Positions 25,834-38,725 of a stretch of DNA of 64,000 bases are shown here, one piece after another. Both the position numbers and the translations under genes were made by a program. This DNA comes from Octopus bimaculoides (lineage: Eukaryota): NCBI RefSeq assembly GCF_001194135.2, contig NC_068982.1, positions 134,134,323 to 134,198,322 of the forward strand, in the 5' to 3' direction. The stretch's first letter is position 1; every line of letters begins with the position of its first letter. Under the pieces are notes generated by a model that saw nothing but the letters and a program-made list of their open reading frames with translations, was not told the DNA's origin and did no database searches.

Positions 25834-27391
25834 CAGGACTCTCAAAGGCCAATCTTCTTCACCAGGGGGAATGACCTTAACACTTCTACTGAGAAAATCC
25901 ATACTCCACAGTAGATACATTAAGGCTGCTCACTCTGGTAAAGAAGATTGACCTGTGAGAGTCCTGTACTGGTGTCACGTAAAAAGCATTTGTGCCAGTG
26001 CTACGTATAAGCGCTCATGCAGTGCCACATAAAAGCACCAAGCACACTCTGTAAAGTGGTTGCTGTTAGGAAATGCATCCAGCTGAAGAAACCATGCCAA
26101 ATCAGACTGGAGCCTGATGCAGCTCTCTCCAACCCATGCCAGCATGGAAAACAGATGCTAAATGAGAATGATGATGAAAACCATACCAACAGGTTACAGA
26201 TTGCTTAGCATACTACATTATACACTCATGGTTCTAGAAGCAAATTTCTTGGTGTGTTCAGTTACGCATTAAAGATAATACTTCCATCTATTAACATGAA
26301 TTGCCATATTTATTCATAACTGTTTCAGAGTTCTTTAGAAATCTATTTGCATTTCCTCATAATCTTCTGCCATTATATAACTAAAAAGTTTATCATTTCT
26401 AATCAAATATTTTCCTACATCCATGACACCACTCTAGTCTTATCCGTTTGTCTATCCATCTAATTACAAGAATTGTCCATACAAAGTCAAAATAATTAAT
26501 GTGACCTAGTACACCATCATTATTATGCATCTTCTACACATTCTGAGCTTGGGCACTAACAACATACACGAACTTAACAACAACTGAACCACACAGATGT
26601 GTCGAAAAAAATAAAAATGTATCTCTCCAATACTCTATAAATTCAAAGCTAAAATCATTTAATTACCTTGGACTAATTACATTTATAGATTTCTCATGAA
26701 TAAACTCATGTCTGACATAGTACAGCTTGTGCTGTTGATTCTGCTTTGCACAGACATCTCACATCCAAAAGGACATTCCACTGATTGACAAAGATCCACT
26801 CATCACCACAGCTGACAGATGCGCAGTTACTTTCCTGTGCCTCTTCTTTCAGCTACATCCTCTCCAATCATGCCAACCCTATCTTCCAGTCTATCCTCCT
26901 CCTTTCTCCCACACTTCACCCAACCCTTCCTCTCCAGAACTGTAAACTTATAGAATGTTTTCTTTGCCCATATATCTGTCAGAAAATCTGACCTACAGAA
27001 CCTTTAAGTTGAATACCAACAGTTCCATCAGTCTCACTACCCGGGATGATCTGATAAAGGGAATTGCCCCTCATCTCCTGACTAACTTATTAAAAAAAAC
27101 AAAAAACAAACAAACAAACAAAAGAGCTTGGTTAAAAAATTGTGGAGCTTTTCATTAATCAAAATCAGTTCTAATATTGACTAATCATTGTGTGCAGATG
27201 CACCCATCTACAGACAGGCATTTACAAATACACAAATTTAATTCATAATTTATTCTGAACAAGATGGAACAAATATGCANNNNNNNNNNNNNNNNNNNNN
27301 NNNNNNNNNNNNNNNNNNNNNNNNNNNNNNNNNNNNNNNNNNNNNNNNNNNNNNNNNNNNNNNNNNNNNNNNNNNNNNNNNNNNNNNNNNN

Positions 27392-27853
27392 TAATTAAAA
27401 ATACACATTAAGTACAGGACATCACCAGTGAGTGAAAAATATGTAAACACATGAGAGATACGTACAGGATGAAAACAAAAAAAATACACATTAAGTACAG
27501 GATATCACCAAATGAGTGAAAAATATGTAAACACACAGTGATAAGCACAGGACAAAATTTCAATAGAAATCTAATTCCTCCTCAGTTGTCAACTGTTTAT
27601 TACTATCTGTTTTGAGCATCGGTGAAAGCTAGAAACAGATAGTAATAATCAATCGACAACTGAGGAGGATTTAGACTTTTTTGATATTTTGTCCTGTACT
27701 TATCGCTGTGTGTTTACGTATTTTTCACACATTGGTGATATTCTGAACTTAATGTGTATTTTTTTTTTGTATTTGTCCTGTACTTATCTCCCGTGTGTTT
27801 ATGTATTTCTCACTGGCTGGTTATGTCCTGTACTTAATGTGTATTTTTAATTA
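27392..27853. mobile_element. Foldback/palindromic element with ~225-bp arms and internal subrepeats
   Basis: taattaaaaatacacattaagtacaggac ... gtcctgtacttaatgtgtatttttaatta; ~10-nt central loop near 27620. Confidence 0.85.
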
Positions 27854-30800
27854 TTTATAATTGAACGCCACATAGAACAATATTCTGCCAAACAGCACAT
27901 AAGTTTTTTTTATAATCTCACACTTTTTAACTCCATACCTGCCTATTTATCTTTAATTTATTATTAATTCATTGACAACCATATATCAACTGGTTGGAAC
28001 AAAATATACCACTATTTTTTATAGACAACAACCAAATAACAGTTCTTTGGATGAGGTAGATGACTCTACTTGCCTCAGTCTAACTATCTGGAAAGTTAAG
28101 TCTAATCCTACTAGGGCTGGCTTTGGGGGAAGCATCCAGTTGTGAAATACCTGCTCCAAGAACACCTGCAAATGTCTGAATCTGCAGGTCTTTCCACGAT
28201 ATACCAGCATGGAAAAAAGGACCTAGAATTAAGACACAAAGGAAAAACTAAAATGTTCTTTTAAATATAAGATACCATTACCTTTCCAAAATTAGTTTCA
28301 TTATGATGGCTCCCAGCAACTGTAGACGTGAGTGAGTTACTACAGTTAGTAACAAGTAAAGCAGAAATTGTGAACTAATATCTATGTGAAGTTTATGAAT
28401 GTCACTTTGAATGTGAGTTCCAATTGTGTTATTAATCAAAAGCAGATAAAAGCATACCATGACCAGTAAAAAAAAAAAATTAAAAAAAGGTATGTTAAAT
28501 AATAAAACAATAATATACTCCACAAGAAACTAATTGCGCTTTATGATTTATATACAACTTGATAACCACATTTAATTACCAACAGACACAACCAGTTTTT
28601 GTAATTATGAGTTATTACCCTTGCCTTTGGTTTAGTCAAGCACTACCATGTCTATCCTTGATAGATATAATTGCAATTAATGAATGTTATAGTGCTCACC
28701 ATATTAATTACTTCCGCAGCTATTTCACCATGTCTTCCATAGATGAAGCAAAGTTCCTTATGCTCTACTGCCGCATGCATTTTAATGTTATAATTCAACA
28801 GATGGTTTTATAATTCTTGCTTTTAGATCCAGTCACTGATTAGCATGTTTGAGTAAAAAGTAAGACTTCTCTGTTGGCATTTAACTTACTTCAAGCTATG
28901 GCTATCTCATTGTTTTCAAATAAAGTAACACACAAACTGAACCTCTTGTGGTTTGAAACAAACGTATATCTCAGGAGTCCCATTTATGTGTTGTGCTACT
29001 CCACTTGCAATTAGTATTCATCAATCAGACTTAACACTAAATGCTGACCTTACAAAATTCCTTTTGCAGTTTCTGGCACCCAATAATTTATTTGCAGGCA
29101 TAGCTTATTTTAGCTTCTCAATTAGCTGCTTTCTTTTTTTTATAACCCAAATTTCTAAATATGACTTTTATTAGAACCTGTGACTGGCCCTCGTGCTACC
29201 AGCACGTAAAAGCATCCACTACACTCTTGGAGTGGTTGGCATTAGGAAGGGCAGATCAGATTGGAGCCTGGTGCAGCCTTCTGGTTTGCCGGTCCTCAAT
29301 CAAATCGTCCAACTCATGCTAGCATAGAAAGCAGACATTAAATGATGATGATGATGATTCTGTGGCTGTATAGTTAAAAAGCTTGCTTTGCAGCTGTGTG
29401 GCTTTGGGTTCAGTCCCACTGCATAGCATCTTGGGTGAGTGTCTTTTATTATGGCTCCTAGGAGCTGACTAATGTCTTGTGAGTGAATTTGGTGGACAGA
29501 AACTGAGTGGAAGGCTGTTGTGTTCGTCTTTGTGTTTGTCACTCCACCACACCATTTGACAACCAAATTTGGTTTGTTTACATCTTGTAATTTAGCAGTT
29601 TGGCACATAAAAAAACCCCCCACTAGAATAAGTATCAAACTTGAAAAGGTAGTGCCCCAGTATGGCTGCAGTCCAATGACTAAAACAAGTAAAAGGAGAT
29701 AAAAAAGCTATGTCTGAAGTTTAAAAAAAAAAACCTCAGTTGTTTGAGTACCATAATTGATATTGAGTACCATAATTCACATTGATATTGTTGTACTCAA
29801 ATACTCTTAATTTTGGTTGTATATGTGAAACCAATTTTGACCTACATTTTCTAACAATATCCTAATAGTGTGGAACTGAACCATATAGAAGCTTTGCTGT
29901 TTATAATGGACAACTCATGGTTCCAAGTTTTGCATAACAGGAGATATTTGGTCAGGTTTTTCCCCTTATATATGATAAAGCCTTTTTCTCAACCAACACA
30001 GTGAAGGCATCACTTGTAAAATTCAGTGCTTTCATACTATACTGACAATTTGGATTATCATTCATGGAGTAGAGTATTACTTCTGGGAGGGACCTGAATG
30101 ACAAGAAATTCCGAGGTGGTCTGAGGAAATTACAACCATTGCATGACCAATTCAGTCTTGGGAATGTCTATCAGATACATTTTTAAAAAATTTCAACAGA
30201 TGTCTCACATTTATCATTCAAAAGTAGCACCATCAAAAAATGCTGATGCGATCTGCATTCTCTATATGGTGACTAGACCTGTTACAAATAGCAGCCAAAC
30301 CTCCCTTAAAACTACACCACATTGGAAAAGACAAAACAGATAAGGCAGTCATAGATACATCATACCTGAGGCTGCAATGCATTACTGTTAGGACTGATTT
30401 GGATGTAAATAAACATCATCAACAATTGAAACAGTGCATGACTACATATTCTGAGGAATTTTACATTTAGCTAAAAGATTGACAAAAACTCTAAACATAG
30501 ATGTCACTAAAATATAGATGTATCCCACCTGAACATCATCAGTAAAGGGTAACTGTTTTTGTCAAAAGAACTCACCACTCTAGCAACCAGCATGTAACTG
30601 AAATGATAATACCACAATGCCTTATATGTCCTCACTTCTATTTACACTGTTTTGTTTTTTCTTTTTAGCTGTTTTCAGCATTTCAGAATTACTCTTAAAA
30701 CAATATTCCAGGATGAAGTTTCAATCGCTACATGCTGTATATTTCTATTACCTAATATTTTTACCATAAATAAACTGCATGTATACATGGATGTATTTGT

Positions 30801-32663
30801 ACATTTGTTTACATTTCTGCTTCTCACAAAATCACGAGCTATAAATAGTGATGCTATTGTCATTTCTCCTTTAAAAATCATCCTCTGAATTTTCTCCTTT
30901 CTACTTAAAAAACACATAAAGGTTACAGACAAAAAGGGTATGTCACTGTGAAACAAGGCCTCAATAATATATTTGTCTAACTCATGCTATCATGGAAAAA
31001 CAGACGCAAAAATTGATGGAAAGGTTCATTAAAATCAAAATATCAGTTTTAAACTAGGGAAATAATACCAAAATGATGATAATCTTCTCCATTTTGAGAT
31101 GAACTGAACAGTTCATATTTCAATTAAACAAACCTCATTGTAATTAATAAAATATAAAATATTTAATTAATGAACACAAGTAATTTTGCTATTTGTAATG
31201 TGTTTAACTTGAAAAAGTTATAATCTTAAGACATGGGCACTTTGGACAGTTGCCCAGGAACCTCACAGGTCTAGTAGCCTAATCATGATCAAAGTATGCT
31301 GTGACATGCTATCAGGAAATAAATATTATAGGTTCCAGTGCAATGATTTGCCCAGGGGCCTAAAATGCTGCTAAGATGATATCAATTTTTAACATAACAC
31401 CATACATTTTGTGGGAGGATGAAGTTGATAAAACTGTCCAGAGCATAACTAAACACTGCAAAGTCTTTTATTTTTCTGATGTTCCACCACTTACTGATAT
31501 TCAGAATACTATGATATAGTTCTGTGAACTCTTTCAAGTCAACAAAAATAGCAATGTCCAAATCCTTTTCACTTTCAGAGATTTTATATGTTTTAAATTG
31601 ACAAAATCTGAAATATTACTGTGTAGTAAACATAATGAAGGCTCACAGCAATTGTGAATTTGAAACGGTTACTAATATGGTTAGTAAGTATCTTGTAAAG
31701 CAAAATTGCAACTGAAGTCTATGATATCAGCACTGACTGCTCATTCCATTGATTTATATCCAATTAAAAGCAGAAATGGCAAAACAAAGCACTCCTTAAG
31801 AAACCACATCACAATGCATATATACATACAATATCAAAAATTGTTATTAAAAATATCTCAGGTATTAACAGATTGGATTGGAAACGACTAATACATGTAT
31901 GCACATAATATAATGGATTCACTTGTTGATTTCAAAGTATGATGGTCTAGCAGCACTTTTTCTGCTTTTTTTTTGTCTTTTGTCTATGTGTTTTATGAGA
32001 CTTTAATCTAGCCAACAATTTACAGACAAATCCATGAATTGGACATAAAGGATTGTTATATAAAGTGGCTGGCATGTTAGTTTGAGACTTATTTATGCTC
32101 TCAATTCAAATACCTGAAGATATGGAATCAGATTGCCAAGAATTCTAAATTATCTAGTATGAAAAACCTTGTTGCATTGTGTACAAATAATATTCCAATT
32201 TCAACCAGATGAATTTTAAATACAACTTTTGCTGGGTTCATTGACAATAACATGTCTTTCTTGTATTAATTTCCAATTATTTCGATCTAATTCCCGCATT
32301 TCAAACTTTTCTTAATGTATTTCAATTGACTTAGAAATGAAAATCAGATAGTTTATGATCCACATAAAGTGTTTCATGAAAATCCAAATAATGTATTCTC
32401 AGATATTCTCAAGTACTTCCTTTACAATTTGAATGATCAGAAAGGGTACAAAAAGATTTAACCTAAAACACTTTTCACATTTTTTTATATGCAAAATAAC
32501 ATTAGTTTTCTTTTTTTTATCATAAATGTTTAATTTCATTTGTAATTTAGTATAAGCAGAGTTCAGTCTTAAAATAATAAATTTATTTAAAGCAAAGAAT
32601 CACATCAAATGACACATGATATGAGAAAAGGAAATTGGCAAATAGAAAAAAGTGCACACTTAC

Positions 32664-32805
32664 CATACAAAAATGCTTTATTTACTTGGCCTGCTTTTGT
32701 ATTTTCATATATATCTTCATTCATGTAAGTCTCATTTTCATAGATATCTTTGTTATCTCCTTTTATTACATGTAGTATACAGCGATGGATATATATGTAC
32801 TGTTC
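32664..32805 (-). CDS. Ptp10D: R3 PTP exon 15: end of PTP domain and tail (EQYIYIHRCILHVIKGDNKDIYENETYMNEDIYENTKAGQVNKAFLY)
   Basis: ttttactccgtctag| and G|gtaagt; 142 nt, phase 0 to 1; QYxxxH motif. Confidence 0.93.
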
Positions 32806-33059
32806 CTAGACGGAGTAAAAATATACAATATCAAAAATGATTAATTATTAGGAATTGATCAGGAATATAGACATAGGAAAGTACAATTAAGTGTATTGCC
32901 CAAGAGACAATACTATGCTTTCCACTTGGAGGAATTAAAATCTTATTTAATTGGCTATTTCATCTTTCAGGCAAAGATAATGGCTTCTCACACAGGTACA
33001 AGTCCATATATTATAATCTTCATCATTTAATGTATTCTTTCTGCTTGAGTGTGATCGTT

Positions 33060-33376
33060 TCCAGCTTCGCCTTACTGGCCCTCGTGCCGGTGGCATGTGA
33101 ACAAAACATTGGACTGACTCCTGTGCAGGTAGCATGTAAAAAAACAACATTTGGGCATGGCCGTTGCCAGTACCACCAGACTGGCCCTCGTGTCAGTAGC
33201 ATATAAAAAGCACCCACTACACTCTTGGAGTGGTTGGCGTTAGGAAGGGCATCCAGCTGTAGAAACTCTGCGAGATCAGATTGGAGTCTGGTGTAGCCAT
33301 CTGGTTCCCCAGTTCCCCAAATCGTCCAACCCATGCTAGCATGGAAAGCGGACGTTAAATGATGATGATGATGATG
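33060..33376 (+). mobile_element. Family D SINE; further copies at 24590-24990(-), 25960-26180, 29180-29357, 38750-39107, 47586-47790(-), 49720-49810(-) and 56175-56460(-)
   Basis: Shared core ggttggcgttaggaagggcatccagctgtagaaactctg and (GAT)n tail. Confidence 0.8.
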
Positions 33377-34191
33377 GTGTGTGGGTTGAATGATTTGACA
33401 AGAGCTGGCAAGCTTCAATGTTTGCTTTGGCATGGTTTCTATAGCTGGGTACTCTTCCTAACACTAACCTACAAGTGCACTCAGAACTGAGTGCTTGTTC
33501 ATCTTCTTATAGCTTCCTTGGAGCTTCTAAAATGAAGTGAAAATTTATTTGGGAAAGAATTTGATATGTATATGTAGACGGTTTAGAGAATCATATCTCA
33601 TTCTAAACATTCCACTTCTGTTATGGCTTCTATTGCTGAGTGCCTTTCACTTTACAAAATGTGGTGGAGTCTTCTATTGTTAATGACAGATGAGGGTTCT
33701 GCAACTTCTTGCTGAACAAATCTGCACAGATGATTTGTTTACAGAGATAAATTGTTTGTGTTGTACATTAACTCATTCCCGTCAACAAATTGACATCGCC
33801 TGTACAGGTGCACAGAGTGTCACACATCAGCTGTTGAAGTGATCGCAGAGCAGTGTGAAAGGAAGTATTTTGTTCAAGAGTACAACACACTGCCCAGTCC
33901 AGGAATTGAAACAATGATCTTGTGCTCATAAGTGAAACATCCTTACCACTAGGCCATATGCCTTCACTAGTGCTGTAGAGATATTTTATCACAGCATCAA
34001 TACTAGAGAGGCCATCATGTATTCAGATAGACTAAACAACCTCAATCTTATATTTTCTCTGCTTATTTGCTAACCATTTTACTCAGTGTACTGGGTGTAT
34101 TTTACCATGACACCAGCAATGTTAACATTGCCTTGTGTTCTGCAAGACTAAAGAATCCTCATTACTCTAGAGTATCACTTTTCATTTAAGG

Positions 34192-34592
34192 CAGTGGGTC
34201 TCAAACAGGAGCCATATAAGAGTTTATTGTTAAAATTTATGTGCAGTAAACTGGTTTTACATCTACAATACACGAAACATTTTAACAATTTTTTATACAA
34301 TTCCTAATAATATTTAATTATAAAAATATAACATAATTTTTTAACTCTTTAGCATTCAGATTACTCCGTCATATGTAATGTTTATTTATTCACATTGTTT
34401 TGAATTGATCATGCATTATCTTATAGCTTCAAGATTTTAATGATATGACAGTTTATTTTTAGAATGACATTGTAGGGTAGGTGTGAGAGGCCAGTTTAAA
34501 TGCTAAGTCAAACATCAAATGACAAGGAAGTTCCACCTGAGGAAAATAGAAATCAAAGGGGTCCATAGGAAAAAAATGGTTGAGAATCACTG
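34192..34592. mobile_element. hAT MITE with a nested piggyBac-like MITE fragment (~34343-34506)
   Basis: 8-bp TSD ATTTAAGG on both sides; termini cagtgggtctcaa and ttgagaatcactg. Confidence 0.88.
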
Positions 34593-34865
34593 ATTTAAGG
34601 TAACATGCAAGAAAAGAGAGTGCTAGCAGAAGAACTAGAGTAAATGGATGAAGGGAAGTTAAAGAATGATGGAGAAAACAGTGATTTGAGTGAGAAAAGA
34701 GTTATGGAATAGATACAGTGCTGGAGCAGCAGTATGATGAGAGAAACAAAGTGATGGTAGTGTTGCTGTCTTTTTTATTAAGTTTGGAAAAATTGGAATA
34801 CAGACTAAATAAATGAATAAACATAACAATAAATTTGAATAAAACAAAGAAACAAATCATCATAC

Positions 34866-35001
34866 TTCTGTTTGCACCATAAAGGAACGGTACTGCCTCA
34901 TTTCATGAACAACACTCAAAACATCAACTTCATTATTCTTTTCCAAGTCTTGCAAACTGCGATCTACAGAAATGAATGTTCCAGTTCGACCTACTCCAGC
35001 A
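34866..35001 (-). CDS. Ptp10D: R3 PTP exon 14: P-loop remainder and Q-loop ((S)[13 protein letters not shown]...[13 protein letters not shown])
   Basis: ttttctgttgccag| and |gtatga; 136 nt, phase 2 to 0; completes [10 protein letters not shown]. Confidence 0.97.
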
Positions 35002-36035
35002 CTGGCAACAGAAAAAATTTTAAAAACAGAAAAAGTGAATTATAATTCAATTACAAAATTGCTATTATTTTTCTTTCTTTAGTAATTTCATGTGAGATTC
35101 TACTACACCACATCTCTGTGTTTCTGAGATGTGTGTAATGTTGTGTTCTTATTTTTGTGAGGGAGTGAGATTCTTTCTGGAGGTGTCTACATCAGTTTGT
35201 TTTGTTAGTTAGTGGGAGTTGCATTGACTAACCTCTACCCTAAAATTGCTGGTCTTAATCAGAAACCTTATAAAGAGCAATGGGCTGGCACAATTGTTAG
35301 AGCATTGGAAAAAATGCTTTGTCATATTTGTTCTGACTTTTTTACATTTGGAGTTCAAATTTCACCAAAGTCAACCTTGCCTTTAAAAAAATGTATCAGT
35401 AAAGTTGATAATATCAGCTAACCTGCTCTCCTTTAAGACTGTTGGCCTTGGACCTAAATCAGAAATGCAGGATGGTAGATTGGCAGAAACTTTAGAATAT
35501 TAAGAAAATGATTTGAAACATTTCTTCATTCACTTTACATTCTTTTCTGATATCTTAGTGAGGTCAACTTTGTATTTCATCCTTTTGGGGGTCAATAGAA
35601 TAAAGTACCATCAAGTACTTGGGTTGACGGTATCAACTAAACCCGATCTTAATTTACTGACCTTATTCTTAAGTCAGAAACGGTTATTGTAATTTCTATT
35701 GGTTTTATATCCAGGTAGAATTTATGTCAGTATCAGGTTACTACCTGTAACCTTAGATAGTCACATGATTTCAATAACCCCTTAAGTACTCAAAACCCTT
35801 CTGATGATCTTTCTTGTTCCTGAGAGGCAAACTTTCTGTAAATGCTCAACAGGACATTCCATTCTAATTTACTTCAACCATTTGTCTGTATCATTATTCA
35901 CAGTTCCTAGTGCACCACTTATCACAGGCACAACCTTTATAGACTTCATATTCCAAATTCTCACAATCTCAAATTTTAAGGATTGTATTTTCTTAACTTT
36001 TCATCATCTTTATTCACAATTCTGGAATCAAATGG

Positions 36036-36174
36036 ACATTATTTACATTCAGCGGATATTTGTCCTCATCTTGTTTGTTGTTAACACGTTTCGGCTGATA
36101 TACCCTCCAGCTTTCATCAGGTGTCTTGGGGAAATTTCGAACCTGGGTTCTCATTCCTAAGGTAGTTTTCGATG

Positions 36175-36209
<35 letters not shown>

Positions 36210-36354
36210 TTACTTCCTGGAATCAAACTCGGAATCTTGGGGTTAGTAGTTACTAACCGGTACTACCTGATGAAGGCTGGAGGGTATATCAGCCGAAACG
36301 TTTTGTTAACAACAAACAAGATGAGGACAAATATCCGACAAATGTAAATAATGT
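36036..36354. mobile_element. Inverted-repeat element with ~87-bp Penelope-like arms around a SINE fragment
   Basis: 36036-36121 is the near reverse complement of 36266-36354; each arm contains CTGATGA...GAAAC. Confidence 0.75.
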
Positions 36355-38203
36355 ACATAATTCCTCATCTCTTAAATATAGAAAGTAACATGAAGGGCCA
36401 ATTAGAAAGAAAATTCTCTTTTCCTTGTCTATTATTGTTATATCTGGCTCATTATTCTCTATCCTCTTATTTATTTGAATTGGAAAATCCTATAAAATTT
36501 TGCATCTCACTAGCTCAAGCACTCTTTTAACCCAATGAATATACCAAATACTTCCAGCTTCAAACCTCCATTTCTGACAAAGCTTCCAGTATAAAACTTT
36601 CACAACTTAGTCACATCTCCATTTCTTATATTCCCTATGAGTCACCTTGGGACATTCTACAACAATGTGTGCCATTGTTTCATCCTGAATTCCCCATACT
36701 CTACATTTTGATGACACTTCTCTCTTTACACTTATTTTCTCAAGTTGTTTGTAACACTTGATCTTGAGCTGTTGTAGTAAGGCTCTCTGTTTCTTCTTTC
36801 AATTACCCTTTTTTCAACCAAACCCAGGATTTTGTTCCACATACGTCCTCAGTGGCTTTCCAAAACTGACTATCCAAAAGTTTCTCATCATTCTTGTCCT
36901 TTTCTCCTATTCCACAATTGATCACCTGATCTTTATTCACTGCCTTTAGTAACTTCTCTGCGCTGTCCTGTAAATAATCTAGTAGATTTTTTTTCTTTCC
37001 ATCTGTACACACTCTTCCACAGCAATTAAGCCTAATCTATCCTATTCTCTCTTTAACTACAACCAGTTAACATCAACTTTCAGATGATGAGCACCATACA
37101 TAATCATGCTGAATCTCCCCGAGAACTAAGTTAAGGGTACATGTGTTTGTGGCATGCTCAGCCACTTGCATGCTAATTTCACAAGCAGTCTGTTTCAATG
37201 ATCAAATCAACTAGAATACTCATTGTCACAACTGATGGAGAACTCAGCCAACAGCTTTCTAGTTTTTTCTGTCAAGTTTCTGTATGTTCCTTTTTTGCCC
37301 AATCCACAATTCTAGTTCCATATCTAGATAACCAGCAGCTAAACCTCAAACATTTTCATCTAACTTGAATGACCTAAAATTAAATGAATGAAAACTGAAA
37401 CATAAACACATACAACAACAGCAAACAGAAAGAATAACAAAACCTAAGAACCAGAATAATTCTCTGATCTGCCAGAGATGGCAGCCAAATCTCTCCTTTC
37501 TACCTCAAAATCACATTCTGTTGTCTTCAAAAATGAAGGACACATTGTATAGTATATTCTGAAGTACACTATGCATGGGGGAAAAAATAATAAAAAAAGG
37601 CTAGAATGAACACAGCTGAAATACTTTACTAACAACAGTCGATCAGGGATGACCAGGAGCTAAAAGCAGCACCAAAAATATACAGCATAGTTGTATGGTA
37701 AGAAGTTTGCTTCCCAACCACATAGTTTTACACTGTGTAGCAACTTAAACAAGTGTCTCTTATTGTAGGCCCAGACCAACCAAAGCATTGTAAGTGAATG
37801 TGGTAAACAGACACTGAAAGATTCCTGATGCACGCGTGTCTTTGTGTTTCTGTCTGTTCCTCCATCACTTGACTACCAGTGTTAGTTTAATTCCTCATAT
37901 CTTAGTGGTTCTGTAAAGGAGGCTGATAATATAAGTACCAGACTTTAAAAAGAAAAACACTAAGTTCAATTTGTTTAACTTTATGATGATGTCCCATGAT
38001 GGCTGCAGTCCAATGAATGAAACAAGTGAAAGATAAAATCTAAGACACTTCAATGAAACAATGAAAATATTAAAAGTTAGAAGAAAAAGCAATATATTGA
38101 GTTTATAAATCAAAAACACTTCAGAATACAAATACACTAATTAGAAAAAGATTTCCTAAGGTATGTTTCATAACTAATCAAAAGGTAAAAGTATAATTCT
38201 CAC

Positions 38204-38352
38204 CTGCAGTGTACCACAAGAGGCCCAATGTTTTGCAGCTTATCACGCACAAGCCTGACAAATGTAACAGTTGATTGAGGGCTGCTTGGAACGCCAAAGT
38301 CTGGCCATGACGTGAAGTGATAATGATGTAAATGTCTGGTTACACGGTCTTG
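38204..38352 (-). CDS. Ptp10D: R3 PTP exon 13: WPD loop to catalytic Cys (QDRVTRHLHHYHFTSWPDFGVP...GPLVVHC)
   Basis: ctaacctcttgcag| and AG|gtgaga; 149 nt, phase 0 to 2. Confidence 0.97.
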
Positions 38353-38664
38353 CTGCAAGAGGTTAGAATAAAAAGAATGTACCAATACACGTCTATGTTT
38401 ATGCCAACACTGTCATTTTATGTCTGCTTTCCAAGCTGGCACTGCTGCTCTTTCAAATGAGTTAAGGGACACATCTCACTAGTAAGTTTAATCTGCGGCT
38501 TGATTATTTGGCTGGGTGCCCTTCTAAACACCAATCATTTTAGTATTGTGAGGACATCTTTGTGTGGCACCAAGACTGTTGAGACTCTTATGTCTTCAAT
38601 AAGGCTAAAGAGTCCCCTCAAGCCTAGACTTCACAGTATATGTATATATACATAGAAATATATG

Positions 38665-38725
<61 letters not shown>

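Noticed and set aside
9025-32663. Search for a second (D2) phosphatase domain or a nested protein-coding gene
   Set aside because: No PTP motifs or convincing non-TE ORFs found by eye; a single catalytic domain fits the R3 subfamily
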